Shown: one piece after another, positions 12,169 through 26,128 of the stretch | Position numbering within the stretch: the stretch's first letter is position 1 | Layout of the letters: each line of letters starts with the position of its first letter | Origin: Octopus sinensis | Taxonomy: Eukaryota | Direction of reading: 5' to 3' | Length of the DNA: 64,000 nucleotides | Assembly: GCF_006345805.1 (NCBI RefSeq) | Contig: NC_043000.1 | Span: 112,096,001-112,160,000 of the forward strand | Position numbers and translations under genes: made by a program | The notes under the pieces: model-generated | What the model saw: the letters and a program-made list of their open reading frames with translations, nothing else | Databases searched by the model: none | Told to the model about the DNA's origin: nothing

Positions 12169-14871
12169 TATCATACTAAATATTTATTGTAATTGGGAGT
12201 CCCTGATCCCAACCGAGGCAGTTGCCTGTTTAAAAACTGTTGGTAATAGCAACCCCTGTATTCAGTTTCACTGAATGATGATGCTACAGACTACAATGAG
12301 TGAAAAACAAGAATAGGTTTAAGTAAATAAATAAATATCCATAACGATAGAGTTTCTGTGGAATGGTTACATTCTCTGGATTGTTTCAGTGGTTGTTATA
12401 TTAAGAAACAACTTCCTGATATCTGCTATCTTATCAAAATGTTGTCGGTATTTATTGAATGTCCTTTCTGGAGATGTCTGCCAGAGAAAGAAAACAGATT
12501 CCACTGTCAATAAATTGATCTTTGTTTCTTCTTTTATTGGTGTCATTTTTCATTTTTTTTTTTTGTGTGCTTTAACCTTTATGATGTTTGTCTGCTGTGA
12601 TTAGGTTGTCAACATTTTAAAGCTGCCTAATCTTAAATACCATGAGATTTTCATAACACATTAGTTCAGTAGTTTAGTAGTTGTCACACTGACAAGAAAA
12701 GGGCAGTGTCCATAGATTTCTAACATTCTAGGTTGGTGTTATCTGTTGGACATTTGATTGAGGTTATTGATTCAGAACCAAACATCACTTTTGATGTTTC
12801 TGCTCATTGTGCCCCAGACTTTTTGATTCTTTACAAATGTGAGAAACAGGATTTCAAAGCGATGTGATTGTGTTGTTCTGCTCAGCCTCTCCACTAAATT
12901 GAGTATAATAAAAATTTTGCTTGTGGTTGAGCTACAAGATGAGTAAGTCTTCAATGTACCAGTAAAATAAATTTCTTGCAATACTCCTGAGCCTGTAGTA
13001 GTTGAGAGGTGTTTTACCTAGGTACCTTTGTGTACCTAGGTACCCAAATCAGCAATGGAGGAAGGTATTTTGAAAATAAAGAAGCCAAAATATGAACAAA
13101 GTAAAAAAAAGTTCAAGGAGTTATTAGCTTTACTGGTTACAAGGAGATTTTTTGTCTCAGCAAAAATGTAGATTGTATGATGAAAGTGTGACATGGATAT
13201 TAAATGTTAAGAATGGACAAAGGGTGGAAAGAAATGAAGGGTGCATGACCTGTTGGATGTATAATGTTTGTAAGCATACTTTTCCATGTTGGCATGGATC
13301 GTATCGAATTTGTTGAGCAAAGTTTCTATGACTTGATGTCTTTCCCAGTGCCAACGTTTACCTGTTAATCTCACCTGTTTCCAATTAAAGTTATATTGCC
13401 TTAATCCATTTAATACAACCAGCACAGTGGCTGGACGTGTTTTTGCAGAAGATGGCAAATGAACAACACTGCTTCTATGGTAGGAATGTTTGTTTATGAC
13501 TTGCATGTAATGTCACGACAAGGACAAACACTAACACAGAATGGGCGTCTTTCAGTTTCTATGTACCAGATCCACCCACAGGACTTTGGTTGGCCTTAGG
13601 CTATAGTAGAAGATACTTGCCCAAGTTGTTGCACAGTGGGACCGAACCTGAAGCCGTGTGGTTATGAACGGAACTTGTTAACTACACAGCGATGCCTGCA
13701 CCTGTGTGTGTATGTGTGTTTGTGGACCTTAGCTGTAACCTCTTACTGCAACATTTATCATTATTGCTCAAAACAATACAACATGTATTATTTTATTGAT
13801 TTACAATGTTACATGACTTTTGTAGATCTAACTGTACTGCTAAGTTAGTGGTTGGTCAATTCTCTTATAGTCTACAACTGCAATAGTTATACCATTATAA
13901 TAACCTACTATACAATAGTGTGATACTCTGTAGCATCTGGTGCACTGTCTGTGATGTTGTTTTCTCTGGAGGACCATTCAGAGTTGTGCTGCACTCGTCC
14001 CTCTGTCTCGTCGTCTTTGTCATGCCTGTTTTAGTTCACAATAGCACTGTGACATTCTGTGTTGGGTTGATGACTTTCTTCACTCTCTTGTACGCTCCAG
14101 GACATGACCATTCCTGCATTATTAGATGATGGGTGAAAGAACTTCATGGAATTTGTGGCCTGTGGTCAGGCTACAGCGCTGGTACCACTTAAAAATCACC
14201 CATGCCAGTGCCACATAAGAAGCACCTGTGCTGGTACTACGTGAAAAGCCCCCAGTACACTCTGCAAAGAGGTTGGTGTTAGGAAGGGCATCCAGCTGTA
14301 GAAATTATGCCAAAACAGGCAGCTGAAGCCTGGTTCAGCTCCTGGTTCTTCAGCTCCTGTCAAGCCATCCAACCCATGCTGGTATGGGAAACGGATGTTA
14401 AATGATGGTGTTGAATCCTTGGCACAGTATCTGTGCGTATTTACTCTGCCTGATTTCTCCAGATACTCCCTTGTAATTGTCACTATCAGATTATGTTTGG
14501 CCCATTTAAAACCTATAAACAATGATATTAGTGTTCAATAAATGCATGATATAGAAAAATAATAAAGATGTTCCAGCCATGACCATGCCAACATTTTGTA
14601 TATCTAAAACTGTTTTATCCACTGACCTCCCTTCTTAAGACTGAGGTGTGATTGAAAAGAAATTCTGCTGTTATTTCTAGCAAGTCATGTGACTAACAGA
14701 AGCTCTCACTCCTCTTTCATTCCAGTTTTCCATACTGATAAGGCTGAAGGGGTTTGTTCTGTACTGGATTGCTACTCATCTCTGGAACTCAATATCTCAG
14801 TATTTAATCTCACCATTTCTTTCCCTATGTTCCTTGATCAGTTTTTAAGCACCTCCCACTCTCATTATATA

Positions 14872-15103
14872 TATTTCTTTACTACCCACAAGGGGCTAAA
14901 CATAGAGGGGATAAACAACGACAGACAAACGGATTAAGTTGATTACGTCAACCCCAGTGTGAAACTGGTACTTTATTTATCGACCCCGAAAGGATGAGAG
15001 GCAAAGTCGAGCTCGGCGGAATTTGAACTCAGAATGTAACGACAGACGAAATACTGCTAAGCATTTCACCCGCCGCACTAACGTTTCTGCCACCTCGCCG
15101 CCT
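14872..15103 (-). mobile_element. SINE family B (tail type 1), full length
   Basis: GGCGGCGAG head, GAGTTCAAATTC B box, CTTTGCCT(C/T)TCATCCTTTCGGGGTCG domain, AAAGAAATA end. Confidence 0.85.
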
Positions 15104-15744
15104 TATATAATACATGTACAGTCTGTACCAGTGGTATCTCCTACTCTCTCTATATGACACGCGTCCATAATAGAAATACCTCCCACTCACATTATACAGC
15201 ACATGTCCATTGCCAACAATAACTCCTACTCTTATTATACAACACATGTGTCATCCACACTTGCAGTACCTCCTACTCATCACACACGCACACACACACA
15301 CCAGCACAGTCGTCCATCTTTCCTGAACACTTCAACTGTTGACCTTAATATCCAGGTACTTGCTCTCTCTCTCAGCTCACATGTCCTTCACTTGCCATTC
15401 AACTTAACATTACACACTCAATGGATCACTGAACATATCTCTCTCTCCATCCTCGGCAAATCTTCCGCAATCAATGTCCACAACTTTCACAATCACTCAC
15501 ACATCTTACGTGAATTTCAGACAATCGCTCTTCAACACAGAAAAAAGACTCTTTATTACTGAACGTGAGTGTGTATGTAACATATACACAACCATATATA
15601 TACATATACATACATGCACACACACATATATACGTTATGTTGTAGAAAAAAAGATGGTTATGTTGTAATTTTTTCTTATTTATTTTAGTGATTTTGCTAT
15701 TTCTTATTAGTCCTTTATGTTTATTTGGAAACAATAAAAGGAGA

Positions 15745-16120
15745 CCTATTGAGTCAAGTACATCAACATCAAAATAAAAATCAAATGGAAATTGAAGTTG
15801 TGATACCCGTGCCGATGGGATGTAAAAAGCACCATCCAAACGTGGCCAATGCTAGCGCCGCCTGACTGGCGTCCGTGTTAGTGACACGTAAAAAGCACCA
15901 ACCGATCGCTGCCGTTTGCCAGCCTCCTGACCCCTGTGCCAGTGGCATGTAAAAAGCACCCACTACACTCACGGAGTGGTTGGCGTTAGGAAGAGCATCC
16001 AGCTGTAGAAACACTGCCAGATCAGACTGGAGCCTGGTGCAGCCTCCTGGCTTCCCAGACCCCGGGCGAACCGTCCAACCCATGCCAACATGGAAAACGG
16101 ACATTAAATGATGATGATGA
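15745..16120 (+). mobile_element. RTE LINE 3' UTR (family C, subfamily 2)
   Basis: GGAGACCTATTGAGTCAAG...internal sub-repeats...(GAT)n tail. Confidence 0.8.
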
Positions 16121-17800
16121 AAGTTCCTGAATCCATTAGTCTTATTAATAAGGAAATGTGAAGAATCCTAAATAAAAATGATGAAACTTTTAAAGAAAAG
16201 GTTTACCGTATTCATTAATACACACACACACACACACATACACACACACACACACATCATCCTCATCATCATTTAAGGTCTGTTTTCCATGCTGGCATGA
16301 GTTGGAGCCAGAGGACTGTGCCAAGCTCCAGTGCCTACTTTGGCACAGTTTCTATGGCTGGATGCCCTTTCTAGTGCCAACCACTTTTATAGAGTGTACT
16401 GTATGCTTTTTCAGTGGCACCTGCACTAGTGGGGTCACCAAGAAATTTGCATGACAAGATCCTTTAACTAAGGTGAAGAGTGGTATTGAGTGAGGTGGCT
16501 TTGTGCTGGGTGATGAGAGATTAAAGTGTGATCAATGGAGAGAAACAGGTGTGTTGCTGTAGTGGAGGTACATGATTACCTCAGCTGGAAAGTGAGAGAT
16601 AGACAGACAGATAGACCAGATGGTGGTGAAGGTATGTCAGGGTGTACCCTTGAGGTGGGTATAAGTGAAGTGCTATAACCAATAAAATAATATCGGGTTC
16701 TGTTAGTTTGTGTGTGGTGACATATCTTGAAATGCCATTATTTTTTAATCTATAATTCTATATCGTTTCATGTCTGTACTGTGCACAAATTACTCTAATT
16801 AAAATATGTTTACAGATTGTAACACATCAATTTTCTTGTTGCTTAAATGTCTTCCCCCACCCACCCAACCCCCTGTTTGCTGTTATATATTCTCCAGTGT
16901 CTGAAATATTCCACCAGACACTGTATAATTCTTTCTGACATCTTAAAAGTAACATTTGGAGCAGAAGGAGACGAAAATGTGTTTCAATCATTGGTTTAAT
17001 TTATTATTTATGAAGCGAGGCAGTGCCTGGCACTGCTTGCTTCTGGTGTGGGTGTGGTCTTGCCAGTTTATGTTAGACTTCCACATTCTTGCAAACCTAA
17101 AGAAAGGTTGAACTAATAAGAATTTCTTTAGAAATCTGTTAAAGTAGTGAGGGCACAGTGCCCCTAAAAGTTGTTTGGTGGGGTTTTTGTGTTTTTCTTT
17201 TGTTTTTATTTCAGGCCTGATGTTCTATTTTGGTGATTGTCTGTAGGAAAACTATGAAGAGGGAAAAATGTTCCTGTGGGATATAGTTCTGGAGAGGAAG
17301 GACTGGTTGTAGGACATGGATTGGGAAACACAGTAAGGCTGTGGTGAGGAGAATATACAAGTGTATCAGGTGGGCCAGGGTGGAGAGGAGGTGTAGCTAA
17401 CAAGTCCAAAGCAGAAACTGTTGTTGTTTAGCCACAGGTCAGCCCTGATCTGTCAGAACCAGGAACAATAGGAATTCCATTTGGTGACCATACCAGCTAA
17501 AGTGTCCTATACTTATTTAACATGGCAGGATTTGATTTGAAGGAGATTTGGCTACTGTTGCTGTAGTAATAGTATAGACATCAAAAATCTGAGCCAGTGA
17601 TGACTGAGTCATTGCTACTCAGTCAGAGAGAGGGTGGCCTAATTTTGGACATGATCTCTGGTATTTGTGTGTTTAGTAAATAGCACCATCCTAGATACAG
17701 GGTCCTATGTGATCTTCACAATCATGCTTGTAAAGGTTCAAACCCCACTGGTTCTTACTGTTCTTCATTAGATGTTGGTCAACTGTATTTTTATCAACTA

Positions 17801-18193
17801 CTAGCAGTATCGCCTGGCGTTGCTTGGGTTTGTTTCAACCCTTTAGAATTGGAATTTTTGAAAAGTAAAAATTTTGCATTATGTAGCTTGTTATTCTTTT
17901 TAAGTGAACATTTTTCTGGTTGAAATACACTGAAAAATGGCGACACAGCAGCAAAAAAAAATCATAAAAAATAGAGATTTTCATAAAAAAACCCACCTTT
18001 TTGATATAAATAATTTTTGGTGTTAACATGGTCTGATTTGAATTTTTTCTTCTACGGAAGGAAGAGCAAGCCTTCTTCTATCATACTCTCAATTTTGGTC
18101 AACTTGCACCACAGGGTCTTGGAGGAGATAGTGCTAGTTGAAAGCTACCAAACCTGCCACACACAGACAACTTCAGCTTTATGTATATAGAGA
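17801..18193 (-). mobile_element. Complete non-autonomous Helitron (393 bp)
   Basis: Minus strand starts A|TC (18193), has a GC-rich subterminal hairpin and ends CTAG|T (17801): canonical Helitron termini in an AT target. Confidence 0.8.
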
Positions 18194-18862
18194 TTTCATC
18201 TCACGTGTTCATTTCTTTCTTTCAATTACCAAATTATCCATAAATTTTGTCCAATGTTGTGGTCAGGCTGGTTCTTGGCATCCAGAGCATCACATGCTCT
18301 GGATAAATGTCTCCTATTATAATCCTGGGCTGGCCAATAGCTTGTAAGTAGAACTGGTTGGCAGAAACTGCATGGAAGCCCATCGTGTGTATGTGTAAAT
18401 TGCAGATGTTCACATTCCCTGGCTTCATATGGCACTGCCTTAATGAAACGGTGATGTGATGTTTACATTCTTTGTTGGTATTACGGCTGGTCACTGTGTA
18501 CTTTTGAAAACAAGGGCAACAAAAAACAAAGTCCCTTGAGAATTAAGTTAGGGTTTGCAACAGGAAGGACGTTCAGGTATAAAATGCTGTCTCAAATAAG
18601 CTCCTATCCAACCCATGCCTAGCATGAAAAAGTAAACCCCGAACATATCAACTGATGAATAAACTCTCTGGCCCCTTGGTGTTTTTCGTGGTTGCCAGTC
18701 TGACATCAGACAACTCAATATGTTGATATTCTGCTTTGTACAGTGCAGCCTATATGTGATAATCTTCAGCTTCCTTTGTGCCACCAACCACTCTTTGAGT
18801 TGAGGTCCTGCAAAAGACGAACTCTGCTCCCCCCCCTCTGATAAACCATTGTTGACAGCGAT

Positions 18863-19346
18863 TTGCGTTGGACAAAACACATTGCTAAAATTGCCAAGAA
18901 GGCTGAGAGTGTCTTGGCATCACTCACCAAGTCCTTTGTGAGCCACTCTCCAGCTATCTATCTGAGGCTTTATATAGCTATGGTAAGACCTCACCTGGAA
19001 TTTGCATCACCGGTCTGGAACCCCTATCTTGTCCAGGATATTAATCATCTGGAAGCCGTTCAGCAACTTTCAACCAAGAGAATACGCTCCATCAGGCATT
19101 TGCCATATTCTGAAAGCCTTACTTCCCTGGGCATGGATACATTGAAACTCCAACGTCTGGCAACTGACTTGGCAGACACCCATAAAATTATTAACCATCT
19201 TACAAACAATAACTCTGAGCACCTTTTCAAACCTCACCTATCTAACACCCATGGACATGTTTACAAAGTCAGAAAACAGCACAGCTCCCATGACTTTCGG
19301 AAACATTCTTTCATGCTAAGAGTTGCTGAAGCATGGAACAAACTGT
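18863..19346 (+). pseudogene. CR1/L2-group LINE reverse transcriptase C-terminal fragment
   Basis: WTKHIAKI...LYIAMVRPHLEFASPVWNPY...LEAVQ...LPYSESLTSLGMDTL...RVAEAWNKL matches the CR1-type RT C-terminus; truncated at both ends. Confidence 0.9.
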
Positions 19347-19397
19347 ATACAATAATTTCGTTATTATATAAGAAAATATATCTATTTACATGCATAT

Positions 19398-19729
19398 AGG
19401 TGCAGGTGTGGGTGTGTGGTTAGAAGCTTGCTTCCCAACCATATGGTTCCTGCTTCAATCTCACTGCATGGCACCTTGGAAAAGTGCCTTCTTGCTACAA
19501 CCTTGGGCTAACCAAAGCCTTGTCAGTGGATTTGTTAGACAGAAACTGAAAGAAGCCCATCGTGTGTGTGTGTGTCCCCAACCACTGCTTGATAATTGGT
19601 TTTGGTTTATATCCTTGTAACTTAGTGGTTTGGCAGAAAATAAGTCCTGGGGTTGATTCATTCGACTAAAAATTCTTCAAGGCAGTGCCTCAGCCTGGCC
19701 ACAGCCTAATGACAGAAACAAGTGAAAGA
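19398..19729 (+). mobile_element. SINE family A
   Basis: Head, body and tail homologous to other copies. Confidence 0.85.
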
Positions 19730-20238
19730 CAGCAGATTTGAATATTTACATATGTTGCTTAACAATATCGTTGTTGCGTATTTATTGTTGTGTATATGTT
19801 CTCCAGGGAATCGTTTACTGGTGTGGTATAACAGTGACATTCAGCTGGGTCTTGGTGGTGGTGATGGTGGTACTGCTTCTAGTTTATCAAATAAATAACA
19901 TTTGTTGACAACAACAATCAGTGATATCATACATATCTCTCTCTCTCTCACACATACACATTTGTACACTCCCTCATTAGGCACACACACACACACACAC
20001 GCATTATTCGCTAACTGGAATATATCAATTAACATACAGTATTTTGATATAAATATTTCTATATAATTATTTTCAAATGTCCCTCAGAAATGCTCTATTG
20101 TGTATATGTGTGTGTGTGTGTACGAAGTAAATATGTGTATTATGTATGTCATGTGCACATGTGGATACATGTGAGCGTACATGAATAATTGTGTGTGTAT
20201 GTATGTATATAGAGTTATATGCACTATACATACATATA

Positions 20239-20279
<41 letters not shown>

Positions 20280-20685
20280 GTGTCAGTCTCTGACTGTGTC
20301 AGAGTCCTATATTTTGGCCAGAGAATTAAGTCTGTACTCAAGATCCTGTCTCCACATATCTGAAAAAAGTTGGTCTTGTGAAACCAGATCACTTACCCTA
20401 CATACTTTGGTGTCAATTCTTGGCCCTTCAAGAGGAAACTTGCAACCATTTACGAGTCATGGGATTTATTTCCTCTCCTGCTTTCTTCTCTGTTTTATTA
20501 TCATCATCATCATCATCATTATTATCATGTTGTTGTTATTGTATTTGTGCACAACACACTGTTAGAAAGAATTCTTAACGTCGTGCCACAACAAATAGAT
20601 GTCAAGAACCTTCCTAAATATTCTAGCTGTCCCTAATCATATTTACTGGAGCTGCACTAAACAACAACAACTACTACTACTTTAA

Positions 20686-20906
20686 CCCTTCCGTTACTGT
20701 ATTTATTTTGAGATGCTCTGTGTTTTTTTCAATTACTTTAAATATAACAAAGAATTTAGTAAAATAACTTGGTTATCATTAAGCTAGTGTTAGCAACATA
20801 AATTGTGACTAAGTTTTAGTGGAAGACTTTAATTCAAAACTTATGAAAACAAGACATTTGTACTACAGAGCCAGGGACAGTTTCAGCTGAGTTGGTAAAA
20901 AAAGGG
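20686..20906. mobile_element. piggyBac-type MITE with TTAA target duplication
   Basis: TTAA|CCCTT ... AAGGG|TTAA (20682-20685, 20907-20910). Confidence 0.85.
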
Positions 20907-20937
20907 TTAAGAATTGTTTCTCTATTATATATTTTAA

Positions 20938-21158
20938 CCCTTTTGTTATCATATTTCTGTTGAGATGCTCTGTGTTTCTTTCAATTACTTTAAATATAAC
21001 AAAGAATTTGGTAAAATAACTTAGTTATCATTAAGCTAGTGTTAGGAACATTAATTGTGACTAAGGTTTGGTGGAAGATTTTAATTCAAAACTTATGAAA
21101 ACAAGACATTTGTACTCAGAGCTAGAGCCGGTTTCAGCCAGGTTGTCAACAAAGTGGG
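20938..21158. mobile_element. Second copy of the same TTAA MITE
   Basis: TTAA|CCCTT start, colinear with 20686-20906; right end decayed. Confidence 0.75.
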
Positions 21159-23081
21159 AGGATCGTTAACATGCCAGACAAAATCCTTAGGGGCATTTTG
21201 TTTGTCTTTACTTTCTGTGTTTAAATTCCTCTGAGATTGGCCTTTCCCTTGCATTATTTTGGGGTCAGTAAAACGGGTCTTCATTGAGCACGGGGGTTGA
21301 TGTAATCAGCCAGCGTCTTCTTCCAAAATGTCAGGTTTTGTGCTTTTAGTAGAAAGAATTATTGTTGTTATGTTCCATTTTCTTTTCTTTTCTCAGTTCA
21401 ACTTCATGGTTTCAAGAATTCTGTTTTGTTCCTCTTTCATTTTCTGCCATTATCATAAAGTGCCATAGTGTCTGGTACTTTATCCTGGTTTCCATATAAT
21501 TTGAAGTATTGTGAGATATTACACCCTGGGCTAGGATGTTAGTCATTTGTAAATTTTGTTCATACAAAGATATGTACACACCATTGCACAGCTGTGTAGC
21601 TTATTTATATCATACTCCACCTGCTTACTGTGTAAACTACACCTTCACATGGAACTTATTTATCGTCATCATTATCATCATTTAACGTCCGTTGTCCATG
21701 CTGGCATGGGTTGGACGGTTTGACTGGGATGGCATGCTGGAAGTTCGCACCAGACTCCAGTCTGATTCGGCATGGTTTTCTATGACTGTATGCTCTTCCT
21801 AATGCCAACCACTCCGAGAGCATAATGAATGCTTTTGTGTGCCTCTGGCATGGGTGCCATTTGCACAGTGCAGTTTCGCTCATTTTGTTGGGTCTTCTCA
21901 AGCATGACATAATGTCAAAGGTCTTGATCATTGCTTCCATTGAAGCCCAACGCTCAAAAGGAACTCGGCCACCTTGTCACACTATACTAAACTGGACACT
22001 CCTGTTACCTGAATGGGTTAAAACAATGTGACTTCTTTTGGAATAGTTACATTTAGCTACACAGTAACTGAATGGTTTGATTTCCCAAGAATACAGTATA
22101 TTTGATGGTGTGCAGAATGTTAGACAGACTATTGGCTTTCTTAAAAATTCCAGAAATGTTTTAGGAAATAGAATAATATTTTGGTACATTTAGGTATTTG
22201 TTTTGTAAGACTCCTGAGGCAAAATTGTGTGTTGAAACAGATATTGTTATATTTTGGGATGGTCATTTTTTTTTTTTTTGCCAAATAAACACATGCACTG
22301 TATATTCGTTCTTCACTTCAGATCTAATTTTGTTCTTATTTTAGTGTCCTTTGTCTGAAATCTTTTGTTACCCTAACCCTGTGACCTCTTCAGCAACTCT
22401 TCATCCCCTATGTATTTCTCCCTGTTTACTTCTTGTGTTCTAAAAATTGGTTAATGAAGGGATGAAATTACATTTCATTCAAAATAGTCAATAATAATAA
22501 TGATGATAATAATAATCCTTTCTACTAAAGCTCACTGCCCTAATAATAATAATAATTTCATATTTTGGCACAAGGCCAGCAATTTATCAACCCTGGAAAG
22601 TATGAAAAGCTAAGACATCCTCAGTGAAATTTGAACTCGAGGCATAAAGATGGATGAAATGCCATTAAGCATTTTGCCCAATGTGCTAATGAGTCTGCTG
22701 GCTCGCTGCCTTAATAATAATAATAATTGTGATGATAATAATAATAATGCCCTAGAATTGCCCAAAACTTCTACGAGTTGTGGCAACATGATCTGGCAGC
22801 AAAAAGTGGGGGCCTGGAGAGGCAAGACGTGGTATGAATAACAAAAGACATTTCCTAGAAGTGTCTTCCTGTATCTGCCAAGTTCACCTTGGCTTACAGC
22901 AACATATTTACACTTGGAACTCTGTATTGTAAAATTATTTAATAACAATGGTAATGATAATGATGATGATGCTGGTGATGAACTTTATTTTGTACCTCAT
23001 TAGTCTTGTTAGTCAACTTTCAAAGTCAGTGAAAAATCTTTATGCCCCAGACATGTTCTCCTACAAGTTTCAACTCATTGA

Positions 23082-23930
23082 TTCTTCTTCTTTTTCTTCT
23101 CCTCCTCCTCCTTCTTCTTCTTCTCTTTCTTCTCTTTCTTCTTCTTCTTCTTCTCTTTCTTCTTCGCCTTCTTCTTTGCCTTCTACTTCTTCTTTTTCTT
23201 CTTCTCTTTCTTCTTCTTCTTCTTCTTCTTCTTCTCTTTCTTCTTCTTCTTCTTTTTCTTCTTCTTCTCTTTCTTCTTCTTCTCTTTCTTCTTCTTCTTC
23301 TTCTTTTTCTTCTTCTCTTTCTTCTCTTTCTTCTTCACCTTCTTCTCTTTCTTCTTCTTCTTCTCTCTTCTTCTTCGCCTTCTTCTTTGCCTTCTACTTC
23401 TTCTTTTTCTTCTTCTCTTTCTTCTTCTTCTTCTTCTCTTCTTCATCTTCTTTTTCTTCTTCTCTTTCTTCTTTCTTCTCTTTCTTCTTCACCTTCTTCT
23501 CTTTCCTCTTCTTCACCTTCTCTTTCCTCTTCTTCTTCTTCACCTTCTTCTCTTTCCTCTTCTTCTTCCTCCTCTTCTTCTTCTTTGCCTTCTTCTTCTT
23601 CTTTGCCTTCTTCTTCTTTGCCTTCTTCTTCTTCGCCTTCTTCTTCTTTGCCGCCTTCTTCTTCGCCTTCTTCTTCTTCTTTGCCTTCTTCTTTGCCTTC
23701 TTCTTCTCTTCTTCTTCTTTGCCTTCTTCTTCTTCGCCTTCTTCTTCTTTGCCTTCTTCTTCTTTTTTGCCTTCTTCTTCTTTTTTGCCTTCTTCTTCTT
23801 TGCCTTCTTCTTCGCCTTCTTCTTCTTTGCCTTCTTCTTCTTTGCCTTCTTCTTCTTCTTTGCCTTCTTCTTCTTTGCCTTCGCCTTCTCTTTCTTCTTC
23901 TCTTTCTGCTTCTTCGCCTTCTTCTTCTTC
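23082..23930. repeat. (TTC)n-derived pyrimidine-dominated tract, ~850 bp
   Basis: Near-continuous TTC/TTTGCC/CTCTTTC units; produces the 328-358 aa and K/E-rich ORFs. Confidence 0.95.
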
Positions 23931-26128
23931 ACCACCACTCACACTTGTGCTGCCTAACAAAAACACTCAACCAAATTCTCAATGCCATTTCCAAGCAGCT
24001 TCATTCATTTCACAGCAGACATAAATAATTAACATTTTATTTTTAGATTTTGAAGGGCAAATCAATAAACAAACCGAGAAAGAAGTGCATGCACAACATC
24101 ACCGTTTCAGCTCTCGTTCTTTGCTCCATTTACCCACCATCTGCCTCTCTGCCACATTTAATAACTTTGCTATTAATTTTAAGTACTTAGACACACATAC
24201 GGCCTAATGAACCCTTCCCTTACTTCATAGGGTTTTGTAATTTAAATTTTTTTTTTTCTATTTTGTTTTCCCAACACAATCACCAAACTATTACGCACAG
24301 GGCGGTTCATAGGTGCACAGCACGAGACAAAACCCTACCCTCACCCTCTTTCCCAGCTTCCTTGGTTGTTAACCAATTCCTTGTTCTCTGCCATCTTAAT
24401 CTCTGTTCATTCAGACAAATCCTGTCTTCACCCTTTTCGTACCAACTTGCCTGACACTGCCGCTGGTTCCTTGGTACAACCATCCTGTTATTAAATGTTC
24501 CAAACCAAAACTTTCATTGAAATTTTATGTTGGATTATGAAATAATTTTTTGGAACATTGAAACCTGAAGCAGATAAAGCTATAAAATAATCCTTTCTAC
24601 TAAGAGTACAAGGCCTGAAATTTTTGCGGGAGGAAGCTAGTTAATTACGTTGACTACAGTACTCAACTGGTACTTATTTTATCAACTCTGAAAGAATAAA
24701 AGGCAAAGTTGACCTTGGTGGAATTTGAACTCAGAACATCAAGGTGGACAAAATGCCACTAAGCATTTCGCCCAGTGTGCTAATGATTCTGCCAACTCAC
24801 TGCCTTAAAGCTGGAAATAATAGCACAGAAATGTGTTATTTCAAACATCAACTTCATAATGACAGTCATTTTACTAGATTCTTTGTGATTTTCGAAATCA
24901 ACTGAAATGAAAACCGGTTATTATTAACAAAAAGGTCAATAATATTAGTTTTAAAGTTTGACACCAGGCCAGCAAGTTTTGTGGGGGTAGATGCAAGTCA
25001 GTTACATGGACCCCAGGGCCCAATTGGTATTTATTGTATCAACCCCCAAAAGGAAGGAATGCAAAGTCAACTTCAGTGGAATTTGAACTCAGAACGTAGC
25101 AGACGAAATACCACTAAGCATTTCACCCGGCATGCTAACGATTCTGCCAGCTCACCACCTTAATAGTAATGATGATGATATTAAGAATATAAACCACAGA
25201 TTGCTCTCTTCTGTTGAGCCACAGTTGATTGAGACAGAAGCAAATCTGAGCAGAAGTCCCCTATTCTGAAGTGATATTATCAGTTGAACCACATGTGTAC
25301 TAAATATTCAGAGTTGGCAGGAAGGAGGGAGGCTTTGAGCTCATCACTATTAAAAGTAACAAAGCATTTCTTTTTACTTGATCCCCTGGCTTATTTCAAT
25401 CTGACACTGTTTTATCAGTCACTGTTTGTCAAACTGCTACATTATTGAATGTAAACACAACACAACACAACACGACAACTTTTCTTTTTAGTTCAGTGTA
25501 AACATAGACAATAGGCGCAGGCACGGCTGTGTGGTAAGAAGCTTGCTTCCCAACCCCATGGTTCCAGGTTCAGTCCCACTGCATGACACTTTGGGCAAGT
25601 GCCTCAGGCTGACCAAAGCCTTTGTGGATTTTGTAGATGGAAACTAAAAGAAGCCTGTCAAACATGAAACCGTTTTATCACCTCACAGTTTTTTATTACT
25701 AGCCATTTTCAATGTTACAATTTATGAAAGTTTTGTTTGAGCCGCCATATTGAATTGAGGGTAAACAATAAAATGAAAGAATGTTGGGAAGGGTTTTACA
25801 ACATTTGCAACTATTTTTGAGAAGGACTATGCTTCAGTTTATGTTTGAATAAGGGGTAAATGTATATGCTGCACCCAATGTGTGTGTGTGTGTGTGTGTG
25901 TATACACACACACACACACACACACACCACACATATATATATATATATATATATGAAAGGCATCATTCAGTTTACATTCACAAGGCTTCAGTTTACACTC
26001 TGTCTGGGCTGTTGTGGAAGACACTTGCCCAAGGCACCATGCAGTGAGACCGAACCCAGAAATAAGTGCTTGGGAATCAAATTTCTTAACCACTCAGCTA
26101 TACCTGTGTGTGTATGTGCATGTATATA

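Noticed and set aside
13018-13043. CCTAGGTAC/GTACCTAGG short hairpin
   Set aside because: Only 9-bp arms with no further context.
22948-24028. 358-aa and 328-aa plus-strand ORFs and K/E-rich minus-strand ORFs
   Set aside because: They arise from the stop-free (TTC)n tract; several frames on both strands are open, and there is no splice or domain evidence.
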